Of a DNA stretch of 64,000 nucleotides, positions 39,012-47,473 are shown piece after piece. Positions within the stretch are counted from its first letter, which is position 1; the number at the start of each line of letters is the position of its first letter. The notes beneath the pieces were generated by a model. It saw nothing but the letters and a program-made list of their open reading frames with translations, did not search any database and had not been told where the DNA came from. The position numbers were made by a program, and so were the translations under genes. This DNA is from a bacterium (GTDB lineage: Bacteria > 4484-113 > JAFGCY01): contig JAGRNR010000004.1 in the NCBI GenBank assembly GCA_020440645.1, positions 12,762-76,761 on the forward strand, read 5' to 3'.

Positions 39012-39941
39012 ATGCGCAGGATTGCAACAGCGCTTATCACAGCAACTGCCGCCACAATGGCGATGCTTGGCAATGCCGAGGCCCGCGGCTTCGGTGACAA
39101 CGACACCGCGAAGTACTTCGGCAGTGGTGAGCAGGTCGTCGCCGGGATGCAGATGGAGATGGAAATGACCAAGGGCACAGCACAGATGCCGGTCGGCACC
39201 GGTGAGCACTGGGTCGCCTGGCTGGAGTTCACCACTGCTGACATTGATGCCACCAGTGCATTCATGTCTACGGTGTTCGGCTGGCAGGTGATGCCTTTCA
39301 TGGATGGCTACAGCATCTGGATGCCGGACATGGAGAAGGGTGTGCTGGGTTGCGGCCTGAGCCAGAATCCGGAGATGCCGCAGCAGACGGCCTACTACCT
39401 CTATACGCCGGACATCGACGCCAAGCTGGCTGATGTGGAGGCGATGGGCGGCAGCACCTTCATGGAGAAGATGCCGATCGCACCGGACATGCCGAACATC
39501 GCGATGTTCATGGATGCCAGCGGCGTGATCGTCGGCCTGATCGACCAGGCCCTACCGGCTGAGGACGTTGCCAACCCGGTTGGGCCCGGTGCCAGCGGCG
39601 TGCCCGGCCAGTTCTGCGGCCTCGAGATCTACAGTGGCGATGCCTCAGTGACAACGAAGTTCTACGGCAAGCTGTTCGGCTGGGGCATCAAGCCCGGCAT
39701 GGAGGGCTACCTCGACTTCCACCCCGGCAGCGGAATTTCCGGCGTGTTCCAGGGCCATACGCCGGATGCAAAGGTGATGGCTTACATCTGGAGCGATGAC
39801 GTGCAGGCCACGCTGGATGCAGTCACCGCTGCCGGCGGGACCACCTTCGGCGATGCGATGGGGATGGAGGACATTGCCACCTTCGGCTACTTCGTGGCCC
39901 CCGGTGGCCTGATGCTCGGCATCATGGGGCCAGCCAGCTAG
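39012..39941 (+). CDS. Tandem VOC-family protein with signal peptide (secreted paralog of 38166-38954)
   Basis: Signal peptide MRRIATALITATAATMAMLGNAEA; HWVAWLEFTTADIDATSAFMSTVFGWQV… and FCGLEIYSGDASVTTKFYGKLFGWGI…; C-terminal GVFQGHTPDAKVMAYIW parallels GVFQGHTPQAPVMIYIY in the paralog. Confidence 0.65.
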   Translation: MRRIATALITATAATMAMLGNAEARGFGDNDTAKYFGSGEQVVAGMQMEMEMTKGTAQMPVGTGEHWVAWLEFTTADIDATSAFMSTVFGWQVMPFMDGYSIWMPDMEKGVLGCGLSQNPEMPQQTAYYLYTPDIDAKLADVEAMGGSTFMEKMPIAPDMPNIAMFMDASGVIVGLIDQALPAEDVANPVGPGASGVPGQFCGLEIYSGDASVTTKFYGKLFGWGIKPGMEGYLDFHPGSGISGVFQGHTPDAKVMAYIWSDDVQATLDAVTAAGGTTFGDAMGMEDIATFGYFVAPGGLMLGIMGPAS

Positions 39942-40564
39942 TCCACACCCCGCTCCAGTTCAGAGATCATCCAGTCCGCCAGGTCAGTGTTGCCAAGTGC
40001 AGCCTGCCTGGCGGCTACGTTTCTGATGTCCTCTGCATTCTTATTCTGGTTGAGCTTGAGCTTGCCGTCCAGCCTGTCAACGAGCATCCTGAAGGCCACG
40101 ATGCCACGCAGCAGGCCATCGCGTTTACGCTCATCCAGCATTGCCATCCGCCAGCCGCTGTCGCCCGGTTCCATGGCTTCAACAAGTCGCTCGATTGCCA
40201 GCGCGCTGTCTGCCCCATCCGCATACTTCACCGGCTTGCCGGCGGCATGCACTGCGATGTAGTTCCAGGTCGGCACCTGGCCCTCACTGGCATAGTCGGA
40301 AGGTGAGACATAGCCATGCGGGCCACTGAAAACGACCAGTGCTTCCCGCTCACCATCAAACGAATCATGCAATGGGTTAGCACGGGCCAGGTGTGCCACG
40401 AATTCGATGGATCCGTCGGGCAGTTCATCGACGAGGAAGGGTAGGTGTACGCCCTGCATCCGGCCGTCACGGTCGCTCATGCTGAGCACGCCGAAGGGAT
40501 ATTCGCGGATCAGCGCGATGATGCGCTGCCTGTCGGAGAGCCTGTAGTAGTCGGGCGACCACAT
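39938..40564 (-). CDS. PaiB-family FMN-binding negative transcriptional regulator-like protein (PNPOx-like fold)
   Basis: N-terminus MWSPDYYRLSDRQRIIALIREYPFGVLS…VHLPFLVDE…GPHGYVSPSDY…VPTWNYIAVHAAG matches the PaiB pattern. Its stop overlaps the stop of the convergent VOC gene (shared CTAG at 39938-39941). Confidence 0.65.
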   Translation of the reverse strand: MWSPDYYRLSDRQRIIALIREYPFGVLSMSDRDGRMQGVHLPFLVDELPDGSIEFVAHLARANPLHDSFDGEREALVVFSGPHGYVSPSDYASEGQVPTWNYIAVHAAGKPVKYADGADSALAIERLVEAMEPGDSGWRMAMLDERKRDGLLRGIVAFRMLVDRLDGKLKLNQNKNAEDIRNVAARQAALGNTDLADWMISELERGVD

Positions 40565-40573
40565 CGCCCGGTC

Positions 40574-41098
40574 CTAGTTGATCGCCCAGATGTCGGGCAG
40601 CTGGCGCCACTTCTGCTCGAAGTCCAGACCGTAGCCCACAACGAACTTGTCCGGGATCTCGAAGCCGGTGTAGTCGATCTTCATCTCAACCTTGCGGCTG
40701 TGCGGCCGGTTCAGGAAGGCGCAGACATGCACACTTGCCGGCTTGCGATGCTGCAGCTGCTCGAGGATGTAGTTCAGGGTCAGGCCACTGTCGATGATGT
40801 CCTCGACCACGATCACATGCTCGCTTTCGATGCTCTCGTCCAGGTCCTTGATCAGGCGCACGACGCCGGTGCTGGAGGTGCCGGAATAGCTCGATACCGC
40901 GAGGAAGTCGTAGCTCAGCGGGACCTCGATGCGACGCACCAGGTCTGACAGGAAGATGTTGGCCCCGCGCAGCACGCCGACCAGATGCACCTTGCGACCG
41001 GCGAAGTCCTCGGTGATCTGCGCGGCGATCTCGTCCACGCGCTTGTCGATTTCAGCAGCCGTGTAAAGCCGCGTGAAGTAGCTGGGGATTTCGAGCAT
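40574..41098 (-). CDS. hpt: Hypoxanthine-guanine phosphoribosyltransferase
   Basis: PRPP-binding motif HVIVVEDIIDSGLTL; overall length and order typical of Hpt. Confidence 0.85.
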   Translation of the reverse strand: MLEIPSYFTRLYTAAEIDKRVDEIAAQITEDFAGRKVHLVGVLRGANIFLSDLVRRIEVPLSYDFLAVSSYSGTSSTGVVRLIKDLDESIESEHVIVVEDIIDSGLTLNYILEQLQHRKPASVHVCAFLNRPHSRKVEMKIDYTGFEIPDKFVVGYGLDFEQKWRQLPDIWAIN

Positions 41099-41256
41099 AG
41101 CGCACTAGGATAACACAGCAATACTAGTAATGTATCGCGCCTGCGGAACCGGGTTCCCCGCCCGAAAGTCAGACTGTGACGTAACCCCGCGCGGATCTCG
41201 ACGTCTTAGTCTGTGCGGGCGGCCACCGGAGGGCCATTCCGCGCGGTGGCGTGGAA

Positions 41257-41285
41257 TTGACTACCGAATGGGTACAATGTAACAT
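41257..41285 (+). promoter_or_regulatory. Candidate sigma70-type promoter TTGACT-N17-TAACAT upstream of the first prepilin-like gene
   Basis: TTGACT 41257-62, 17-nt spacer, TAACAT 41280-85 preceded by TG; SD AAGGA 41299-303; ATG 41313. Confidence 0.4.
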
Positions 41286-41312
41286 TGCCCGTTGAATGCA
41301 AGGACGGACCAT

Positions 41313-42743
41313 ATGAATAACTGGGGTCGAAAATCAGATGGAACACGGGGTTTCTCGCTCATCGAGCTCCTCGTTGTGCTGCTCATTTTCGCGATCCTGA
41401 TCGCGATAACTGTTCCGAGCTTCATCTCCTCACGGCCGGAGCGCAACCTCGCAAGTGCGGTGGACATCTTCGCCACCGACTTCGGCTATGCGCGTGCCAA
41501 GGCCGAGCAGACCGGCAGCCGGGTGTTCATGGCATTCGACATGTCGCCGGATGCGCGCCAGTGTGAGGGCTGGTGGGACACCACCAGTGACACCGCGAGC
41601 AATGCCGCCCCGAGCGGGACCCCCAGCGGCAGCTACATCAACCCGAACAACCCGGGCATCAGCCGTTCGGCGAACACCTACTTCATCGTGGAGGAACGTC
41701 CGCGCTGGATCGAGGTGGATTCCAACGGCTTCAAGCCCTATGACAGCGGCTTCAACCCGAGCCTCGTGACCGGCCAGGCGCCGTTCACCTACCTCGACTG
41801 GCTGAACCAGTACGACGCGTGGAACGCCGGCATCGCCGACTACCCCGTCGAGCCGCTCTATCCCTACGACGCTGCAGAGACCTTCAGCGCGGCGGGCCCG
41901 GAGGATGGCGCCTTCATGGACATCTCAACCCCGCTGATCTTCTATCCGCAGAACCTCGGCCTCGGTGGCAGTGACACCCAGGACTATGTGGACCGCTGGA
42001 TCGACGGCCCGACCGCCCCGACCTGGGACACCGGCGACCGCAACGACCAGGCGATGAAGGTGTTCTGCGCAGCGGACGAGCAGGAGATCCTCAGCTTCGA
42101 CCGCACAATCGACTTCGACGTGAACGGCCTGCGCATCTACACCCATGGTGTGGACAGCCAGCGTATGAAGGACCAGGTCCTTGACTACATCATCCTGAAG
42201 AAGGTTGAGCTGCCCGAGGAAGTCTTCTTCCTGAACCCCTGGAAGAACACCTACCCGGCCGGCTGGGAGGATGTGAACAACGACGGCACGATCGACGAGT
42301 TCAAGTACAAGGACATGCAGTTCCTGCAGTACCTGATCACCTTCTCCCCCGACGGTGAGGTGTACAAGTCCGAGTGGACCTTCGACCCCGAGCCCTTCCC
42401 GGACGGCAACTACTACGGCCAGTCCCATGGCCGGATCCAGGACCGCCTGGAGGCCAGTGGCGTGCATGCGGTCTACATGGTGATCGCGGAGACCGTCGAC
42501 TTCGGTTCAACCTCTCCGATCGCGAAGACCATGGTGCAGGACAACAAGAAGGCCAACAGCCAGAGTGCCGGCAGGGTGTTCACGTACTGGAACAACAGCG
42601 GCAAGTACTTCGTGGATGACTACACCCCGAACGATAAGGCGCATTTCATCGACCGTGATGACCCGCGCCTGGACCTCGGTAACGTCTCCCCCCAGGTGGC
42701 ACGCGAGTTCGTGTACCGCCAGGACTTCCTCTCGAAGATCTGA
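41313..42743 (+). CDS. Large (477 aa) prepilin-type N-terminal cleavage/methylation domain protein (pseudopilin-like 1)
   Basis: Class-III signal MNNWGRKSDGTRG|FSLIELLVVLLIFAILIAI with Glu+5. The ORF track starts at an upstream TTG (41292). Body rich in aromatic/acidic residues, no other domain recognised. Confidence 0.75.
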   Translation: MNNWGRKSDGTRGFSLIELLVVLLIFAILIAITVPSFISSRPERNLASAVDIFATDFGYARAKAEQTGSRVFMAFDMSPDARQCEGWWDTTSDTASNAAPSGTPSGSYINPNNPGISRSANTYFIVEERPRWIEVDSNGFKPYDSGFNPSLVTGQAPFTYLDWLNQYDAWNAGIADYPVEPLYPYDAAETFSAAGPEDGAFMDISTPLIFYPQNLGLGGSDTQDYVDRWIDGPTAPTWDTGDRNDQAMKVFCAADEQEILSFDRTIDFDVNGLRIYTHGVDSQRMKDQVLDYIILKKVELPEEVFFLNPWKNTYPAGWEDVNNDGTIDEFKYKDMQFLQYLITFSPDGEVYKSEWTFDPEPFPDGNYYGQSHGRIQDRLEASGVHAVYMVIAETVDFGSTSPIAKTMVQDNKKANSQSAGRVFTYWNNSGKYFVDDYTPNDKAHFIDRDDPRLDLGNVSPQVAREFVYRQDFLSKI

Positions 42744-42812
42744 TTACTGTAATTCAAAGTTCCCTGATGGGTAACATAAGGTATGCGACAGGTGGATGAA
42801 TTGAGGCACAAC

Positions 42813-43898
42813 ATGCGTATCAGGATGGCAGGCAGGCGGGGTTTCTCCCTGCTGGAGCTGATGATCGCGCTTACGATCCTTGCGATCGCACTGGTTCCCG
42901 TGGCCTACTTCTACAGCAAGTCACTGCAGATGGTGGAACAGTCCACCGTCCGTACCCGTGCCCTGATGCTGGCCCAGGAGCGCCTGGCGGAACTGCGCCA
43001 GATGCCCTATGACCAGATCTACTCGAACGTCACCCCGAGCCCCGTGCAGGTGCGTGTCTACCAGGCGGAGAGCGCCATCGACACCGCGACTGCAGACTGG
43101 TTCGGTTACGATTACGAGAGTGCCGGTGACTGGCAGGCGATGTGGCACTACCCGCTGCCGCTGGACTACAACCCGTATGACCCGGCGACCCAGGGTTACA
43201 ACAACGCCGTCGGCGTGAACCGCAATACGCCGTCCAACCCGATCGGCGGCATGTTCACAGGGCATGTGAACTTCAACACGCCCAACAGCTTTGATTACGA
43301 GTACGAGCCGATCGGTTTCTACCGCTTCCGCATCAACCGCCAGAACGCCCTGCTTGAGCAGGCCGGCCCAGGTGTGGACCCGGTCAATGTCCCGGACATC
43401 GCCGACGTGCGCATGATCGACCGGCGCAGCCTGCCCCAGGTGGAGCAGCGCCTGGACAACCTCAACAACATGGACAATTTCCGCACGGGCTACGACCAGC
43501 TCGTGGAGCAGTTCGGTGAGTTCGGCCGTCGCACCATCGTGCTTGACGTGGTGACCAATGTCGGCGGTGAGAACAACCCGCTGGACACTGACGGAGACAA
43601 CTTCGACCCGAATGACGACCGCGACGGCGGTGCCACGGCACTTGACCCGTACCCGATCACCAAGGGACCGGACAACAAGTTCCAGGTGCTGACCCGCGGC
43701 GGCGGCCCCGGCAAGCTGATCATCGTGCAGGTGTTCTGGCTGCCGCGCAACGCCCCGGAGGGCTACATCCCGTTCAGCGACCTGAATGTGATCGACCTGC
43801 GCACCTTCGTCTCCCCGACGAATGAGTGGACCACGCTGGGCGAAGGCACGGGTCCGCTGACCAACAACAAGAGCCTGATCATCACCCCGACCAACTGA
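42813..43898 (+). CDS. Prepilin-type N-terminal domain protein (pseudopilin-like 2, ~361 aa)
   Basis: MRIRMAGRRG|FSLLELMIALTILAIALVPVAYFY; likely start 42813 (ORF track 42783). Confidence 0.7.
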   Translation: MRIRMAGRRGFSLLELMIALTILAIALVPVAYFYSKSLQMVEQSTVRTRALMLAQERLAELRQMPYDQIYSNVTPSPVQVRVYQAESAIDTATADWFGYDYESAGDWQAMWHYPLPLDYNPYDPATQGYNNAVGVNRNTPSNPIGGMFTGHVNFNTPNSFDYEYEPIGFYRFRINRQNALLEQAGPGVDPVNVPDIADVRMIDRRSLPQVEQRLDNLNNMDNFRTGYDQLVEQFGEFGRRTIVLDVVTNVGGENNPLDTDGDNFDPNDDRDGGATALDPYPITKGPDNKFQVLTRGGGPGKLIIVQVFWLPRNAPEGYIPFSDLNVIDLRTFVSPTNEWTTLGEGTGPLTNNKSLIITPTN

Positions 43899-44154
43899 TC
43901 GGACCGGAACATAGTCCGCTGGCCATGGTCAGACAGGCCGGCCGGAATCGCAGGGCAGGGAGAATACGGGTGGAAAAACCGAATTCTTGTCGGAATTCCC
44001 AGCTTGATGGCTTGCGCGGATTGCGTGCGGCCTTGTTTGGAAGCGGCCTCAGGCCGGTGCAGGAGCTTCCGGGGCTTTTAGGTATTGGAAGTAACCTGTT
44101 CTATAATAAAACGTCTACATACTCGACGCTACACCTAGCACTGAGGCGTATCTC

Positions 44155-45177
44155 GTGGTGAAAACTATGCACAGAGACACAAAGGCTTTTACCCTGGTTG
44201 AGTTGCTGGTGGTAATGGGCATCATCCTGATTCTGGTGTCCATCGCCCTGCCGGCGACCAATTCCGCTCGGTCAAAGGCCAAGGACATGGAAGTCAAGAA
44301 GGGCTGCAATGACATCCAGGCGGCACTGGAGAAGTACGGGGTGGCCAAGGGTGGCTATCCCGGCGTCCAGTGGATCCAGGACTCAAACGGCGATTACTTC
44401 GCCGGCCCGGGACTGATCGGCGGCCTGCCGACCTACAACGGCGCTGAGCCCCAGAAGGACTTCTACGTCCCGAAGGATGACAGCGATGCGCGTGGTCCCG
44501 GCAACCAGGCTCCCTACTTCCCGGACGAGACCCCCAACCCGTCCGTGCTGGATGCCCTGATCGTCAGCGGAGAGCTGACGGATTACCCGGCAAACCCCTT
44601 CGTGAGGACCAACGGTGGCCTGAAGGCGCAGATGTCCAACCTGTTCCTGTTCAGCCCGCAGGGCGTGAACGGTGACACCCAGCCGGACGTGAGCGACCCG
44701 AACACCATCAACTGGAACCGCTACCTCGGCAGCAGCCAGTCGATGCGTGCCAACTACGCCGACTACGGCCGTGGCCACTTCACCTACATCCCGCTCAACC
44801 CGCAGAATCTCAGTGGCACGGACTTCGCCGGTAACTGGGGCGCACTGAGTGGCCAGGACCGCAGCGAGTACTACGCCAAGTGCAAGGGCTACATCCTGAT
44901 CGGCTGGGGCGGAAGCCGCGCCGATGACAGCCAGGCCAAGGGCCTGAGCGAGAAGTACTGGAGCAACAGCGCCAGTGCTTTCGACTTTGACAACAGCCTC
45001 GTGGCGGACCCGCTGGAGCAGGTGCTCTCGAATGTCACCCCGGCGGGCATCCTGCGCGGTGACGTAACGGACAGCGACGGCGGCATCGGCACCTTCGGCC
45101 AGACCCTGCCGGGCGGCGGTCCCGACATTGACAACGCCTTCTACGGCGCTACCTTCATCAAAATTACCGGGAGCTGA
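44155..45177 (+). CDS. Type IV pilin/GspG-like pseudopilin (candidate major subunit; 336-340 aa)
   Basis: (MVKT)MHRDTKA|FTLVELLVVMGIILILVSIALPATNSARSKAKDMEVKKGCNDIQAALEKYGVAKGGYP resembles GspG/PilA N-terminal helix and alpha-beta loop. Ala rather than Gly at -1. A 257-nt upstream intergenic region contains a perfect TATAAT (44102-44107). Alternative start ATG 44167. Confidence 0.75.
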   Translation: MVKTMHRDTKAFTLVELLVVMGIILILVSIALPATNSARSKAKDMEVKKGCNDIQAALEKYGVAKGGYPGVQWIQDSNGDYFAGPGLIGGLPTYNGAEPQKDFYVPKDDSDARGPGNQAPYFPDETPNPSVLDALIVSGELTDYPANPFVRTNGGLKAQMSNLFLFSPQGVNGDTQPDVSDPNTINWNRYLGSSQSMRANYADYGRGHFTYIPLNPQNLSGTDFAGNWGALSGQDRSEYYAKCKGYILIGWGGSRADDSQAKGLSEKYWSNSASAFDFDNSLVADPLEQVLSNVTPAGILRGDVTDSDGGIGTFGQTLPGGGPDIDNAFYGATFIKITGS

Positions 45178-45180
45178 TTG

Positions 45181-46212
45181 ATGCAGAGCAGATACATCAA
45201 GCCTGACTGGGGCACACAGCTGCGGGGCTTCACCCTGATCGAGCTGCTGGTCGTGATCGTGGTGATCTCCATCCTCGTGGCGATCGCCCTGCCGAACCTG
45301 CAGAAGGTCAAGCGCAAGCAGATGGAAGCCCAGACCGCGACCCAGGTCAATGAGATCCAGAAGGCGCTCGAGGCATTCGGTACCGACCATAACGGCCAGT
45401 ACCCCTTCCGCGTGACCTGGTATGACAACGCCACGGTCAGCGACCCGAACTTCGACCCATACGTCGCCCGTGACACGGGCAGCGGCCTGACCAGCGACCC
45501 GGGCGACCGCTTCTCGCTGGGCATCTGGGGTGGCGCGGAGCGCGTCACCCGCGAGGGCTACAACATCAACACGGTGCAGGACATCGAGCGTCCTGACCTG
45601 CTGCCCCAGCCCTACGCCGCAAACTGGAACTACAACAACTTCTACAACCGCTTCAACCAGTACAGCGACCCGCTGGTGGCGATGGGCTACATCGGCGAGT
45701 ATCCGCCGAACCCCTTCATGAAGCGCCAGATGGGCAACGTGCTCTGGGAGTACGGCGATGCCAACTGGAAGAACGGTGGCCCGGCGCGCCTGGATCCCTC
45801 GATCCCCGGCGAGAACGTGGTGCCGACCCCCGGCGACTTCACCTACACGCACTTCTACGGTGTTGACAACGCCAACGACTACACCTACCCGAAGGGCGTG
45901 GTGGCCGGCAAGGCCGGTTACAACGTGACCTACCCGAGCGGCGCGGTGCAGGACGGCAAGTACTACATCGACGTCGTTGACAGCTACCAGATCTGGGGCT
46001 ACGGCGACATGCGCCTCAACGGCAGCTGGTACGTGAACTACCCAAACAACTCACTCGGCCTTGCGGTGCGCGGCAATGAAGCCGCCGGCAAGGACTGGAA
46101 TGGCAACGGTACGAAGGACATGTTCGAGCGTGGTCTGGTGACCTACGCCAAGCGCAGCGGTCAGGGGTCGACTACGGCAACTGACAACAGCGGCAACAAG
46201 GTTGAATTCTAA
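45181..46212 (+). CDS. Prepilin-type N-terminal domain protein (pseudopilin-like 4, 343 aa)
   Basis: MQSRYIKPDWGTQLRG|FTLIELLVVIVVISILVAIALPNL; start 4 nt after the preceding stop (coupled). Confidence 0.7.
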   Translation: MQSRYIKPDWGTQLRGFTLIELLVVIVVISILVAIALPNLQKVKRKQMEAQTATQVNEIQKALEAFGTDHNGQYPFRVTWYDNATVSDPNFDPYVARDTGSGLTSDPGDRFSLGIWGGAERVTREGYNINTVQDIERPDLLPQPYAANWNYNNFYNRFNQYSDPLVAMGYIGEYPPNPFMKRQMGNVLWEYGDANWKNGGPARLDPSIPGENVVPTPGDFTYTHFYGVDNANDYTYPKGVVAGKAGYNVTYPSGAVQDGKYYIDVVDSYQIWGYGDMRLNGSWYVNYPNNSLGLAVRGNEAAGKDWNGNGTKDMFERGLVTYAKRSGQGSTTATDNSGNKVEF

Positions 46213-46247
46213 TCGCAATGGCAATGGCATTGACAGGAGCAGAAACG

Positions 46248-47312
46248 ATGCGCAGTCGCAGGGGTTTTACACTGGTGGAGATGCTGGTCGTGATCGGCAT
46301 CATCGGACTGCTGGTGGTGACACTCGTCCCACTGGTCAAGGGTGCACAGGTCAAGGCCAAGGAAGCGGCCATCAAGGCCCAGATGTCCGGCATCGAGACA
46401 GGGCTTGCCAACTATGCCCAGAACCACAATGGCAACTACCCCGGCGTGGCACTGGATGCGATGGCGACCTACCAGGACCATGCGCTCGGTGATCCGCAGT
46501 TCTATGCGGGTGGCGGCGCCGGTTCACTGGCCCCTCAGGCCAACCAGATGGTCAACGGCATCCTCGGTGGCGTTGGCCACTACAACGGCTCCAGCACAAA
46601 CGTGTTCGAGCAGATCAAGAACGTCAAGGACACCCCGTTCAGCGGCAATGAGGACACCGCCCGCCTGTTCGACTCCCTGATCCTGACGGACAGCATGCCG
46701 GAGTACCCGGCCAACCCATTCGTCACGAACGTGAACACCGCCAGGCGTGACCAGATGCGCAACGTGTTCCGCTTCAACATCAACATCGGCGGCGGTTTCG
46801 ACCCGGCTGATGTGTTCGAGCCGGGCAACCCCTCTCCCGGCGGTTATGACGTCTCCTTCTACTGCTCGATCAAGGGTGATGGCAGCCAGCCGAACGTAAC
46901 CACTGCCACGGACCCGTTTGACAGTGCCCGTACGCTGGTCTCCCAGGACCCGACCGGCCTGCCGCTGGCGAGCTTCACCCCGGACGACTACGTCTTCGGC
47001 CCGAATGATGGCCGTTACTTCGCCCCCGGTGATTTCGCTTACGTGCCCGTACTGAGCGCGAGCGCAAATCCCTTCGGTGACAGCGCGGCCACTCTCGAGA
47101 ACGAGACCTGGAAGTGGGGCACCAATGTGAGCGGGTACCTGCTTTTCGCCTACGGTGATGCAAAGCACGAGACCAAGGAATACGAGGACGAGCAGCGCGA
47201 GTTCTTCGACACCGGCCTGCCCGGTTACGGCAGCCCCGGCGTGGATACCCTTTATGAGTGGTACGTGCTGCAGCTGTTCGAAGGCGCAATCTTCTACAGC
47301 AAGAAGGTCTGA
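46248..47312 (+). CDS. Prepilin-type N-terminal domain protein (pseudopilin-like 5, ~354 aa)
   Basis: MRSRRG|FTLVEMLVVIGIIGLLVVTLVPLV; AGGAG SD 8 nt upstream of ATG 46248 (ORF track starts 46218). Confidence 0.7.
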   Translation: MRSRRGFTLVEMLVVIGIIGLLVVTLVPLVKGAQVKAKEAAIKAQMSGIETGLANYAQNHNGNYPGVALDAMATYQDHALGDPQFYAGGGAGSLAPQANQMVNGILGGVGHYNGSSTNVFEQIKNVKDTPFSGNEDTARLFDSLILTDSMPEYPANPFVTNVNTARRDQMRNVFRFNINIGGGFDPADVFEPGNPSPGGYDVSFYCSIKGDGSQPNVTTATDPFDSARTLVSQDPTGLPLASFTPDDYVFGPNDGRYFAPGDFAYVPVLSASANPFGDSAATLENETWKWGTNVSGYLLFAYGDAKHETKEYEDEQREFFDTGLPGYGSPGVDTLYEWYVLQLFEGAIFYSKKV

Positions 47313-47318
47313 TGCCGC

Positions 47319-47337
47319 GCGCCGGCTTATCCGGCGC
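47319..47337 (+). terminator. GC-rich hairpin GCGCCGG-cttat-CCGGCGC just after the stop of pseudopilin-like 5 (no T-tract)
   Basis: Perfect 7-bp stem read from sequence; lacks U-tract, so its function as a terminator is uncertain. Confidence 0.3.
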
Positions 47338-47473
47338 TGGCCAAGGGCAATTTCCGGCGGGGGCTTTTGAGTGCCGCCGCAGCTGGGAATAACAGGTATA
47401 GGCACCCCGTCTGCTTACAGATTGGCGGGGGCACTCTCAGGCCGGCTGGCGACAGGCCGGCCCAGGTGAGCGG

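Noticed and set aside
44080-44120. Sigma54-type promoter (TGG…TGT) upstream of the pilin-like gene
   Set aside because: GG and GC/GT elements are spaced 11 rather than 12 nt and the -12 element is GT not GC; a sigma70-like TATAAT fits better, though the -35 is weak.
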